A stretch of 64,000 bases of DNA from Octopus vulgaris (GCA_951406725.2 OX597832.1:12648001-12712000); one strand, 5' to 3'; shown: positions 40,791-54,097, counted from the stretch's first letter. The notes: generated by a model not told the origin, from the sequence alone. Program-made: numbers and translations.

Positions 40791-42554
40791 GTAGATAAGT
40801 AGTATCAAGGAAATATTACGAGCAGATGTCAAAGACTTTTCAAGGGGTTGTTTAGAAACTTTTTGGGATGTTGCGTGTTCAGAAAATAGTAAGCAGGAGT
40901 TACGGATGAGTGCGAGATTACATGAGAGAGTTAAATGAGGCAAGGTAAAAAAGGAATCATTCTGCAGTGGTACGTTTGCGTAGCAAGTGTGCAATGATGC
41001 AAATGATGTTTCTCGCTCGGTAAAGTGCTGACACTACAAGGGATCGATAGTAATCGCAATCAAAGATAAATTGTTGAAATTCCTTGGATTTCAAGTAGAT
41101 GTCCGATTCCTTGCAGCATCGTCAGTGGTGAATTTTGAGATACAGGTAGAGCATAAAGTTTATATGAAGAGCAAAAAAAGTGACGATAGAATAGAATATA
41201 AGAGATGGTTAGTTAGATAGATAGATAGATAGATAGATTGACAGATTCATAGATATTTTACCTGGATATACATAAACATGTAAAGAGTCATAACGTTACT
41301 ACACCAAATTGCTAGAGCAAAGTAATACCTTGAGCTTCTCGTATGGTCACTATGCGGAAGGTGTGGCAAGAATTTTGCTTCACAACCACTTGTACGGATG
41401 AATGTATATGTGATTGTATATCTTTGATTTTGTACAGCTTCACAAGTCTGGTTTGTTTGTTTACATGCTCCTAAGTTAGAAGTTCGGACAGAGAGACCGA
41501 TAGAAATACAATAAAGCCTTAAAGAAAATAGGTAATGGTGCCCATGTGTTTGACTAAACACTTCAAGGTGATTCTCCTGCTTTCCTGTAGTCCAACGACT
41601 GAAAGTAAATGATAACAGATATTATATACACAGTCGAAAAATAGATCCGATAAACTGAGATATCTTCATGATTAGGCAACAGAAACTTCTTGAGTTTTAT
41701 AGATATAAAAGCGACAAACAAAGAAGAAACATCAAATAAAAATAATTGATTTGAATATGTGGACGGAATAGACAATGCATCAATCTAGACCATGAGAAGA
41801 TATGGATATCAAACCCAGCCTGTTGGAGCACCAGAGATTTTTTCTTGCTAATCAGACCTCCTCTAATAAATTGGAAGGTGTAAATGTGATAAATTCATGG
41901 AATTTCAATAGCTCTTTTAAAAATAGTTAGATTTTACCAAGAAACCTTTAGATTATATAATTTGTTTAGGTGTGACTTAGGTGGGTATGTGTGTTTATTG
42001 TGTGGTGGGCGGGGTTAAACACGTAAGACTAAGGGCAACTAATGAAATACATTGTGCTTCGTTTGGGGATCGAATATGATGATATGTGGTAATTCCAGTG
42101 AAGCTGATGTGTCGGAGTACATAGCTACCACCCTATATGGCATCTCATTGGACATACATATAAATAAATCAGGTGAAGTAGAGACGATTTCATTGCTGTT
42201 ATTGTTCCCATGCAATACAGAAGGTATTTGATACAGCAGCCATTGAATAGTCGATTAATACTAGTATGTATTTTGATGAGAAATATTTTCCCCGAAATTG
42301 ATCTATAAGTTTATTCCCAATTATGATATCAGTTATCATTATAATTTCTGTTTAAAAAATGGAAATATTCAATGTTTTTCTCATAACATCCATTCTCGAT
42401 AAGGTTTTCCAATAAACAACACTAGAGTTATTTACACAAAAACACGCACTCACACGCGCACACACACACACGCACACTCACACACACACAAGCACACGCA
42501 CGAAACAATAGTTATATATCATTATGTATATATAAATATGTGTGTGTATATATG

Positions 42555-42776
42555 TGTTACAAGGCTGGCCTTATAAAATACAGGTGCAATGGAAAAAAAG
42601 AAGAAATAGTGAGAGTATGACGTGGTGAAAGAGTACTGCAGGGTTCGCCAGCACCTCCTGCCGGATCGTCGTAGAGCTTTAGATGTTTTCGCTCAATAAG
42701 CGCCGTCTAAGAATCGAAACTGCGATCCTAAGACCGCGAGCCCGCTGCTCTAACCACTGGTCCATTGTTCCTCCAC
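42555..42776 (-). mobile_element. Older SINE family C copy, 3'-truncated
   Basis: Minus head GGAGGAACAATGGACCAGTGGTTAGAGCAGCGGGCTCGCGGTC...GTTTCGATTC; body matches 9170-9260. Confidence 0.85.
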
Positions 42777-42780
42777 GATA

Positions 42781-42855
<75 letters not shown>

Positions 42856-42881
42856 TGTATGTGCATACATATTTACATACG

Positions 42882-42931
<50 letters not shown>

Positions 42932-44679
42932 CATGTATGTGCATACATATTTACATACGTGTGTACATAGGTAAATAGATACATGCGTACATAAGTACAT
43001 ACATTCATGCACACATACATACGTACGTACATATAACTTGTCTTAAATCTTATTTTCTCATTACAAACCATTTTTTAAAAGATTATTATTTTAAAAGTTC
43101 ACAGTATTTTCCGTTTGACCTTTCACACTCCTTAATTTCAAACGCTAAAAAATTCTGAACCGGTGGAAACACATTTTTTAAAGAAACTGCGCTATTCTTA
43201 GCTAATGTATTGCTTCCTTCTTTCACTCTGTTTTGTTCGCTTGCTATTTGTTTATTGCTTGGCAATTCTGGATGAAATGGCTAGTTTTCTCATAAAAAAT
43301 CTCAGTACAATATATATATATGTCTGTATGTATATATCATATAAATGTATGTATATAAAGTAGAATATGTAATAAGTAAATGGATTTTCGTCAGATTCGG
43401 CGATGGTTCTGCAGCTGTTTGCTAAGTTAATCAACTTATTCATTGATTTATTATATAACTGACGAAATATTCCGCAAACGCTTGCGCATTTAATATTACC
43501 CATTCTCACAAGTTCCCCAGTGCATGATGAAGGCTAGGATATTTTTTTTACAGTCCAAAGCATCCAACGTAATTTTCATAATTGTTGGTAATCAAATTTC
43601 TCACATAAGCACTGAAAAGCATTGTGTTAACCGAAACTATGGTGAATGATATTGCTTCAAGGTACTGGTAAACCCGAGAATACATTAGAACACAATTGCT
43701 AACCTGTATGAGAGGCAAAGATGATATCACAATCTTGTAAATACGAAAATAAATGCAGAGAAATGCTAGAATCATTTGGGTGACGGATAGAGTATATTTC
43801 CAGCAGTATTGAGCACTTCGTTTCATTCTGAACGACCACTTGCCTTTTATCAATTTGAGTTCGAAAAAAAGAAAAAAAAGATGCCAATCCTGTACTACTA
43901 TAGATTATTCTTTAACTATCTCTCTCTCTCTCAAGATTTTACCTGTTATACAAACGTCCTTCACTTCCACAATCTTTCATGTTTATTCCACCAGTGAATT
44001 ATATTGGAAATACAATTGCCTGTTGAATGATCAACTACTTGCTCGTTGTTCTCTTGAGTAAGAATATCCACTTGATCTAAAAGCTGAATTCTTATTGTAG
44101 AGACCACCGCCTTTATATTGAAACTATATGTGTGTTTGCAAAAGTGTGTATGTGTAGTAACTGTATTTGTGTGTCTTTGTGCATGTGTGTGTGTTTGTTC
44201 ATGTGTATGTGTGTTTTTGTGAGTGTGATTTTGAATAAGAATTGAGGAGGGTGTAATCGACTATATGACCGTTAAGCACATGACGGATATGTATTATGTT
44301 GCTTTTGCTTTCTGAATTAATTAATATCAGTGTCTGCTGAACTCATAATGTAAATAGTGTGTGATTTAATGTTGCACAAGACTTAATCTCCCACTATTTA
44401 TTCTACTAATCCATCGCCTTTGCATAAATTATTATCGCTAATATACCCAAAAGTCTTCAAAAGTTATTGTAGGCAAAGTTGGAGTAAGTTAACAAGGAAA
44501 TTTATGGATATTTCTTTTGTATCCTTTACCTCGTGTAAGACACGTATGTCTTGTTGAAAGTGTAAGAATGCCGTTTCGATAAATGGTTCACCAGTGGTAT
44601 TTATAAATCCGGCATAACCAATCCTTCTCTAGATATAGCCACAATCGATTTATCGAAGAAATACAGAAGACACGACCTT

Positions 44680-44790
44680 GTACTGCAGTGGTACTTTATT
44701 TATCAATCCCAAAAGGATGAAAGGGTAACATGATCCCGGCGGAAATACTGCAAGGAAATCTAGCTAAAACTTTAAAGAATCTGCCAGTTC
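44680..44790 (-). mobile_element. Degenerate SINE family A relic
   Basis: ggtactttatttatcaatcccaaaaggatgaaagg...ggcggaa...tctgccag. Confidence 0.55.
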
Positions 44791-45262
44791 GGCCGGAAGC
44801 GTAGTGTGCTTTGAAGTAATAAATTAAAAAAGACGCAATTCAATACTGGAAGACAGTTTGTGCATCAAAGATTCTGCTAACCATGCGTCAAGCCGTTTAA
44901 TATGAAGAAGAGAACCGCGTCTCATTTACAAACAGACTCAAACGCAACTCTGTTTAAATTTACACAAGATATTTTCATTTCAGAAATTAAAATATAACAC
45001 CACTACTACGTTAATTACTCTCAATGAAGGGAATATCATTCTATTAAGGTATGCATATGTGAGATCCTTTACAATCATGTATATATCCATCCCTACGCCC
45101 ACACATATAGTACATACGCATAAACGCATAAACGTGCATACAGACATATATATATATACATTTATACATACACGCATCTACGTGCACAAACATATATATT
45201 AATTCTCTATCGAGTACAATAGCTATTTCGTTTGATTACCTAGTTGAATATTTCTGTGGACC

Positions 45263-45374
45263 AGTAGTGGTATTTGTGGTGGTAGTAGTAGTAGTAGTGT
45301 TAGGAGGAGCACTAGGAGCTATAGCAGCAGCAACAACAACAACAGCAGCAACATTAGTGATAGTAGTAGTAGAG

Positions 45375-45429
<55 letters not shown>

Positions 45430-45506
45430 AAAATGAAAAAGAAGACGAAAAAGAAGAGGAAGAAGAAGGAGAAGAAAAAGAATCAGCAGCAGTAATGTTA
45501 GTAGCA

Positions 45507-45552
<46 letters not shown>

Positions 45553-46190
45553 TAGCAGCAGCAGCAGCAATTGTAACATACAATGACCATGGCTATTATC
45601 TGCAAGAAACAGAAACGTGGGAAAAGATTATCACGAACGTTGCCCCCCACCCAACAAATCCATCTCCTGCTACCGTTAAACATTGTCCTCTTCATCGACA
45701 ACCACCTCCTCCTCCTCCTCCTCCTCCTCATCATCATCATCATCATCATTCCTTTCATCATTTGCATAAGTATTGTGAATGCAATAATCATTATTACCAT
45801 TATAATCACGGATATTGGAATTGATGATAATCATCGTCGCCATCATCGCCGTCGTCGTCGTCACCACCACCACCACCACCACCACCACTACCACCACCAT
45901 CGTCATCATCATCATCATCATCATCATCATCACCATCACCATCATCATCATCGCAATCATTACCGTCGCCATCATCATCAGTAACTCGACCATCGTCGCC
46001 ATCGTCGACATCGTAAACAATGACAGCGAAAGCAACAACAGCAACAACATCACGATCATCGTCTTCATCAGCGTCGTCCTCGTTGTCGCCATTATCATCA
46101 TCATCATTCTTGTTCCATTCTTCATCGTCGTCGACATCACCGTCATCGCCGACCTCCTCACCGTCCTCCTCGCCGCCGCCCTTATTATGC
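45263..46190. repeat. Mosaic trinucleotide repeat region (GTA, GCA, GAA, CCT, CAT, CAC, CGT)
   Basis: Direct; ORFs in several frames on both strands are homopolymeric. Confidence 0.9.
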
Positions 46191-46314
46191 ATTAGGATCG
46201 CTGACATCAGTTTAATAGAAAGACGGCACAGCAGAAATAGATACAGTGTATGCAAATGAAGTCTACAGCAGAACGTTAGTACTAGCCATATTGACAATAG
46301 GAGCAACAACAGCA

Positions 46315-46406
<92 letters not shown>

Positions 46407-46424
46407 TACTACTACTACTACACA

Positions 46425-46466
<42 letters not shown>

Positions 46467-46492
46467 CACTACTACTACTACACACACCACCA

Positions 46493-46529
<37 letters not shown>

Positions 46530-46555
46530 CACTACTACTACTACACACACCACCA

Positions 46556-46628
<73 letters not shown>

Positions 46629-46703
46629 CACTACTACTACTACACACACCACCACTACTACTACTACTACTACCACTACTACTACTACTACAAACACCAC
46701 CAC

Positions 46704-46751
<48 letters not shown>

Positions 46752-46769
46752 CACTACTACTACTACACA

Positions 46770-46808
<39 letters not shown>

Positions 46809-46868
46809 CACTACTACTACAAACACCACCACTACTACTAATACTACTACTACTACTACTACCACCAA
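46315..46868. repeat. (ACT)n array with higher-order interruptions
   Basis: ~550 bp of ACT/ACC with recurring acacacacc and acaaacacc markers. Confidence 0.95.
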
Positions 46869-47196
46869 GACTACAGTTGCAGCAGCAACAACATACGGCA
46901 CGGATATATATATATTCCATCGAATATTTCCCAGCAACACAAAGGCGTTGTAAAATCGATGAGTTGCAAATAAGCAAGTATCATTAATTAAATTCCATAA
47001 TTAATTCATTATATGACGAGTGTTTATGAGGTTTTCCCGATAAGTCTATATTAATATGCAATAATTCCTGAAAAAAAATTTCGCATAAGAATTCATACAT
47101 TTACACCTCTTAAGCACATACAAAATGAGATTGTTATGCTTCCTTGCTTGACTCGGACACAAGCACGCAATACCATATACACGCACACTTTAGCAC

Positions 47197-47256
<60 letters not shown>

Positions 47257-47531
47257 AGATAGATATTTAGATATGTGTTCATTGCACACACAAACACACA
47301 CGCAAGTCACACACACAAACACACATACGCAAAACCACATACACACACATACATATACAAACATGTATACATATACACATACATACATACACATCCATCT
47401 TACTATACGTATATATACATATCTATGCTGATATATGACCGATGTTGGACTCCTTATTCCGCATAATCACCGAACCTGGAGCTTAACTACGATCTATCTA
47501 TAGCAATTACTCACTATTACTTCTCATAACA

Positions 47532-47568
<37 letters not shown>

Positions 47569-48289
47569 GTATATATATGTATGTATGTATGCATCTATGT
47601 ATATATATATATATATATGTATGTATGCATCTATGTATTTATATGTGTATGCATGTATGTATATATATATATATATGTATGTATGTATGTACGTACGTAT
47701 GTATGTATGTATGTATGTATATATATATATATACACATCTCTCTCTTTCTCTCTCTCGCTATATATATGGACACATATGCGTACATAAGTACATAAGTAC
47801 GTACGTACTTACATACACACACAGTTACATACACGCACGCACACACAAGTTTTACACCTATATGGATATTTTAAAGCCATACAACCCCCGCATTCAAAGT
47901 ATTATTCATTTATGTTTCACACGTCTGGTTTTTTAGATAAAATATAAATTTTAACAGACTAAAATTTAATGTTAATGAAACGCAGCTCTATTCAAATTAA
48001 TTACTAAAATATTTAAAGCATATTCGAAAATGGGTTAACTTTTCAAAGACACAACGAAAATCATATTCTGGCATCATTTTATATTTATTTATTTATTTAT
48101 TCTTAAAACATATTACATTCTAGTGGTCTGAACTACTTAGAAGTACTGGAAACCAGAAATAAGTGTCCTCGTTGATAGCTTCCGTTATGCACATAACTGG
48201 AATACATAGACGTGCTCATAAGCAAGAATTGGGTTTCTGCTTAGACAAACCGTAGCATCTCAAATTCTCAAGGATACATTCTGCAATGA

Positions 48290-48467
48290 CCTAACAGGTA
48301 AACGAAGAGATTGTTACGGCGAGAACTCCATCGATTATGAATCTTGTGACACGGGAATGGACATAGCCAATCTGAAAGAAGCGACCCAGGATAGAACTGG
48401 CTGGAGGACACTGATCCATCGAGTAATCTGGAGTTGACTTCGACTGAGCGGATAGATAGATAGATAA
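48290..48467 (+). mobile_element. RTE/BovB-like LINE extreme 3' end with (GATA)n tail
   Basis: DTGMDIANLKEATQDRTGWRTLIHRVIWS*LRLSG* resembles the BovB-type end MSLSKLRELVMDREAWRAAVHGVAKSRTRLSD; followed by gatagatagatagata. Confidence 0.8.
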
Positions 48468-48587
48468 GCAAAATAAAAAAACAAAAACAAAGATTGAAAG
48501 GCATACAACTGGTGCAGCTTGAAGCAGTAGAATTTGCTGCGATATAGCATCAGAAGAGTAGTTTAGTGACGGTCAATTTTGCAGATA

Positions 48588-48990
48588 ATGCTGCAGTTGT
48601 GATGCATGGTGAGTTGTGCTGTATAGTTTAGTTGTGGTGTATGCTGTAGTAGTGGAGTTTGCTGTAGTTGTGTTGTATGCCTTTTTTGTATTGTATCATG
48701 TAATTGTAGTGTATGATTTAGTTGTGATGTATGTTGTAGTTATGATGTATGCTGTAGTTGTGATGTATGCTGTGGTTGTAGAGTACGCTGTAATTGTGGT
48801 GTATGTTGTAGTTGTGGCGTATGATTTAGTTGTGGTGTATGCTGTAGCTGTGGTGTATGCTGTAGATATGATGTATGCTGTAGTTAGGGTGTATGCTGTA
48901 GTGGTGTTATATGCTGTACTCCTGATACATGATGTAGCTGGCATGTACGCTGTAGTTGTGGTGTATGCTGAAATAGTAATGTATGCTGTA
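48588..48990. repeat. 18-bp minisatellite (consensus TATGCTGTAGTTGTGGTG), about 22 diverged units
   Basis: Direct; gives YAVVVV / TTTAY periodic translations. Confidence 0.9.
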
Positions 48991-49000
48991 TATATATATA

Positions 49001-49100
<100 letters not shown>

Positions 49101-49297
49101 AAGGGAAGCTTTATGAAAATAAACAAAAGACGAAGGCAGGTGGAATACAAACAAACAATTGTATTTGTATGGCGCTCAGGAATATAAATAAAACAAGTCT
49201 TTTACGTTTCGAGCCTATGCTCTTCAACAGAAAGATACACAGAAAAGAAACAGAATGAAACAAGGAGAGAAAAAAATTCGTGCAGAGGCTACCGAAT

Positions 49298-49300
<3 letters not shown>
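49101..49300 (-). mobile_element. Penelope pLTR-like ~200-bp module, copy 2, solo within (TA)n
   Basis: aaacaaaagacgaaggcaggtgg...cgctcaggaat...tttacgtttcgagcctatgctcttcaacagaaag...aaacaaggagagaaaa shared with 40616-40790. Confidence 0.7.
49198..49235 (-). ncRNA. Minimal type I hammerhead-ribozyme-like motif with atypical core
   Basis: UCUUU CUGUUGA A GAGC-AUAG-GCUC GAAACGU A AAAGA: stem I UCUUU/AAAGA, stem II GAGC/GCUC, GAAA box, palindromic ACGU mini stem III, GUA cleavage triplet. Confidence 0.55.
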
Positions 49301-49382
<82 letters not shown>

Positions 49383-51591
49383 TACGTACATACATACATA
49401 CATGCATACATACATCAGTACATATATACAGGTATATAGATGAATAGATAATTAAGTCAAAAGACATCTAGTTATCCAGATACACACTCATATATATTTA
49501 TGCGCATGCATACATAGATACATACACGCAAATACAGACAGATATAGTGAAACGGTTCCAGTTTATCGAGATAAGTAATGAGATGTGTGTCCATGTTCCT
49601 CATGGATTTCTGGCGTCAAGAAAAACAACTGTTATGATTCATGTTATTACAATCCACAAGAGAGAAAAATATTTCTCGCCAAAGCCAATTTTGCATATGT
49701 CATATTACATATTCTCTCCAGCTGTTCTGGCACCTTTTCCGTCGTAATATACCTTGATGCACGTGAATTATTTCTCGAAATTTTTCCAAGCTTAGGCGTA
49801 AGGTGAATGTCTTGAATTTCTGTATTCACGACAACGGCTGAGATGTTAATTCAATGCGTAGTAAATATATTCCTATATCCAGTTGTCTTCATAATATATT
49901 CCAGTATGATGGAATATATTCACTAATTATAGCTGAGTCGGATAGCATGCTGGGATTTGTGATGCTATAATTTCCGCCAAGTTTTCTAGAGTTATAGAAT
50001 ACACGGTGGAAAAAAAGAGTAGAATGCAACTTTGGTTATCAAACATGGAATGATTGCTGATAGCACTTAACTAAATACTATCAACGATCCACACTCAAAA
50101 TCTAAGCTAATTTTGTAAAATCAGCCATAAATTTGAAAATTCCTTCAGATATCTATAAAATCAAAAGTCGGCATTGTCCTACTCTCGGCCTTACCAAACT
50201 TACCCTCAGAATAGGTAGGATCTGACAAACGTACCAAGTGTGGCTTCACTTGTGTTTTCTTTATTGAATTAAAGAAAGTAAATTGATAGCAGCGGATGCT
50301 GGACTCAAAACCTACACAGTTACATCAAATATTGCAATAAATTTTATCGGATACACTGGCTTTTTCTCAGCGAAAAAAATAAAAAAGAAGTGAATATGAT
50401 TTGTTTGAAAAATGGCAATGTTAAGGTTACTTGTATCTGAATCATTACTATATCTATATAACTAATACTTTGTCTCTATGAGGTATTCGAACACTTTTAA
50501 TTCTCTGGGTTTTTTTTTCTTAACTTTATATCTTTATGCGAGTCACTGACAGACAGCTTACGGGGTAGAAATTTCAAAACTGTTATTCGCGATTCAGGAA
50601 AGCTTCAGGAAAGCTTACGCTTAAATCGTAGAGCGATGATTGTGCAACATATATAGTTTCAATTGAAATATCAAGCACTTCCTTGTTTACCATATATTAT
50701 GTGGTATTTCCGTCAATATGTAATAACACCAAGTTTTGTTCAATAGATACAGTTAACTGAAGTTTAATTCCATTACTAGATAGGAAGTAACGATGTCGTC
50801 AATGAAATTATAAATGAAAATATTTTCCAGAGAGGAAGGAGAAGATATCAGAGTTTTAAAAGGTTAAGATTGAAACTACTCACCACATATATGTCACAGA
50901 TTTACATGATGAATGTTCAGAATATTTTATGAGAAACATATCAAGCCAGAACCTGAGATATATACTGATAGAAGTGCTGAGAATGAGGTTAGCACAGCAT
51001 CAGACGAAAGCAAGGATAGAGGCAGATATAAAAATTAAGATACAGATATATATAAACAAATCAGATACATACCGAAAACAAATATTGAGGCATATATTGA
51101 GACACAGGCTCAGACAAAGACCGTGACACAAAGTAAAACATAGGCGGAAGCATACATAAAGAGCTAAAAGTAAAGAGTTAAAAGACATGGAAATGCAACA
51201 GAGAATGTTCTAACTTCTCACACACTTGATTTTATTACACACATCTAACTTTACAATGTTAACTTTAATTAAAGAATTTCTTTAGCGACAGATGAGATGC
51301 ACATACAATTTTATTTAAAACTCGAATACACAAATTTCTCTTATTACATTTAATTTGAATATAATATTTTTTTCTGCAGCCAATTAACTTAGATATTTCA
51401 ACATTTCTACACATAAATTGCTTCGATAGACGAATTCCTCTACGTAATGATGAACTGAATATTCCAATTCTCTACATAAATGGCAATAATGTACCTGGAA
51501 TGTTCAAATGTGTTGATCTCTACATGCATTGATATTAAATAAACTTTTCTCTCGAAGATATTATGTCATAATAATTTTCTTCCAAAGTTAG

Positions 51592-51965
51592 CTGTTCAGA
51601 GGCCTACACAAAGTTGCAGAAAGTGTAAGGAGAAGAGTGTATGAGTCACACACAAGTGCACAAGTGGATCAGTTGTTTCGACGATTGCAGAAAATTGTCG
51701 ATATTGACGAACGTTCTGGGAGACCTGCAACCAGCAGAACTGAGAAAAACTTCGCAGATTTGCCTGCAGCTCTGAAGGGAAATCGTCAAATCACCATCCG
51801 CGAGTTATCAGAAGATCGCCAGATTAGTTACAGTTAAGTTCAATCCGTTATCACTGAAGATTTGGGTATGATACGCTTGTCTGCCAAGTTGGCGCCAAAA
51901 CTGCTTTCATCTAACCAGTAGGACACGCGTGCTTCAGTTCCCAAGATCTCCTTGACTGTCTCAAC
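51592..51965 (+). mobile_element. Mariner transposase remnant (HTH region to WVPHEL-type motif), inverted segment
   Basis: CSEAYTKLQKV*GEECMSHTQVHKW.../DIDERSGRPATSRTEKN...NRQITIRELSED..ISYS*VQSVITEDLGMIRLSAKLAPKLLS. Confidence 0.9.
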
Positions 51966-52232
51966 AACGAAGGCCTCTGAGCAGGTATTGCCGAGCCTTT
52001 GGTAAAATTTGATTGTCAGCTCAACTCTCTCTGACATGTCCAATTCGACGATCACACGCGACACGCCTTCTTTCAAGCACTGCTGCAAACAGCGAAAGTA
52101 AGGTAGGACGTTTAAACTTAGTGCGCATGGACAACAGCGTTCGAGCTCAATCCGTTCCCAGCAGCTTTACTCTGCTTGCTTCAACATCGTTACTATGGTA
52201 ATAATCCGGATACTTAATGATCAGACCACGTA
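51966..52232 (-). mobile_element. Mariner 5' end: TIR, 5' UTR and first codons
   Basis: Minus strand begins TACGTGGTCTGATCATTAAGTATCCGGA (mariner-type TIR with TA), then MSERVELTIKFYQRLGNTCSEAF. Confidence 0.8.
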
Positions 52233-52824
52233 TGTTTCATAAGATTTCTTAAATATATATATATAAAAAAGATAATTATTTTTAGCGGAGAGGAGTCGAT
52301 TAAAAATTTGACGCGATTATGTGACTCGTGTTTTAATTTCACGAACAATGATCGAAGTTTCGCATAGTTGACATGCATATAATATGATTAAGAAACAGAA
52401 AATTACTCGGTAGGTTTGCGGTTCTGCAAACCACAGCCATTTAACGCATATTGCATTTTAGCTATGACAGAGCAGACTTCAGATAAAAGTGGATCCAGTC
52501 AATGGCAGCTGATTTGGACAGCAACGTCCAAAGTGCCTTGGTGTTTTAAAACAGTAGATTGGAGGGAGATTTGTCCGTTATTTTTATGAGGCTGTGCAAT
52601 CAGGACAAGTTCCCTTCAAATCCAGCTTCATAATAACTGTATTTGCTTCTATAAAATAGATACAATTTAGCAAATAAACAAATGATGCCGGGGAAAAACG
52701 GAAAAGGCAAATTGCGTTATTTTGTAATCGATATAGATTTTCCCATAAATGTCCTCATCCAAAAATTATAAATATAAGAACAACCAGAAAAGAAAAAAAT
52801 ATCTAACATCAAGAATCATAACGA

Positions 52825-52907
52825 AAACAGCAACAACAAAAGCAATAGTAGTAGCAGAAATATTAATACCAACAACAACAAAGACAATGATAATAATAAT
52901 AATGATA

Positions 52908-52953
<46 letters not shown>

Positions 52954-52965
52954 TAATAGTGGTAG
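52825..52965. repeat. (AAC)/(ATA)n trinucleotide repeat
   Basis: Direct. Confidence 0.85.
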
Positions 52966-53371
52966 CTGTTACTCAGGTTATATTTCGTAATCTGCTGATA
53001 AATTTGGTGGATGTGAAGAGAATGAATTTGACAATTAGATAAATGAAATTGTTTCATGCATTCACACAAGCATTTTTATGTGTGTATGTATATATGCATG
53101 GATGTATGTCTGTATGCATGTATGTATGTATGTATGTATGTAAGTATGTATGTATGTATGTATGTGTGTATGTATCTATCTATCTATATGTCTGTCTGTC
53201 ACTCTGTTTCTCTGTATTTATATATATATATATATACATATATCTAAGCACATAAGCAAATTCACGAACTTACTCAAATGTATATACTTGTATACGCAAG
53301 TATATATATATATACGCAAGTATTTATAAATGAATATATATATATTCACACACATACACTCATATATGTGT

Positions 53372-53431
<60 letters not shown>

Positions 53432-54054
53432 GCATGTGTGTGTATGTCTGTATGAGTGAGTGTACACATGCATCTTTTTGTTTATACGCAACTTTTTTCC
53501 GTTTAGTAATGCAATGTTAAAGGATTATTCAAGTAACTCATAAGATACATACTTTGAACGGGATTGGCATTTTATCATGAAATTTCAAGAGACCAATCTG
53601 CATCATATCTCGGAAATCGGATTATTAAATAATGTTCAATTTATGTATTATTCATGGCAAAACTGAAGAGGAAGCTGAAGGGTAATAACAATGGAAACAA
53701 GATAATAAGAAAATAAGAAACGAGAAAAGAACACTGACTTTAACTCGACGTAAAGTTTTTCCAATACCTAATTCCCACCGCACACGAAACTCACATACAA
53801 TATAAAAGCTCTAACACTCAGATGCTCATACACATATAAATAGACAGAGAGATAAATGTATGTATTTATATTTATATATGTGAATACATGTATAATCAAA
53901 GATATGCAAAAAAAGTTATATATACATAACGTAGATTTTTGTATACTTATATAGATATATATACATATATGCATACACACACACATATGTATATATATAT
54001 ATATGTTGTGTGTGTGTGCTTGTGTATATATATATGTATATATAGAGATATATA

Positions 54055-54097
<43 letters not shown>

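Larger units (their letters stand above)
40235..41140 (-). mobile_element. Decayed Penelope-like element (RT thumb, linker, GIY-YIG C-terminus)
   Basis: In order on the minus strand: RCCKESDIYLKSKEFQQFIFDCDY (cf. RRLCSxxxDF...EMxxFFxxRGY), IRNSCLLFSEHATSQKVSKQPLEKSLTSARNI (linker), RHFIDTYH...KQLRFKLDTAITTRLNE (cf. RHF...H...EQRLIFKLGTLxPxGLNE). Confidence 0.7.

Noticed and set aside
45236-46315. His-, Asp- and Val-rich ORFs resembling low-complexity proteins
   Set aside because: Triplet mosaics with changing frame; no splice or homology support.
46246-46977. Poly-Thr / poly-Val / poly-Ser ORFs of 225-235 aa
   Set aside because: Open in several frames on both strands because of (ACT)n; no unique domain.
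48588-48990. Regular short repeats considered as a CRISPR array
   Set aside because: No unique spacers, eukaryotic context and no cas genes.
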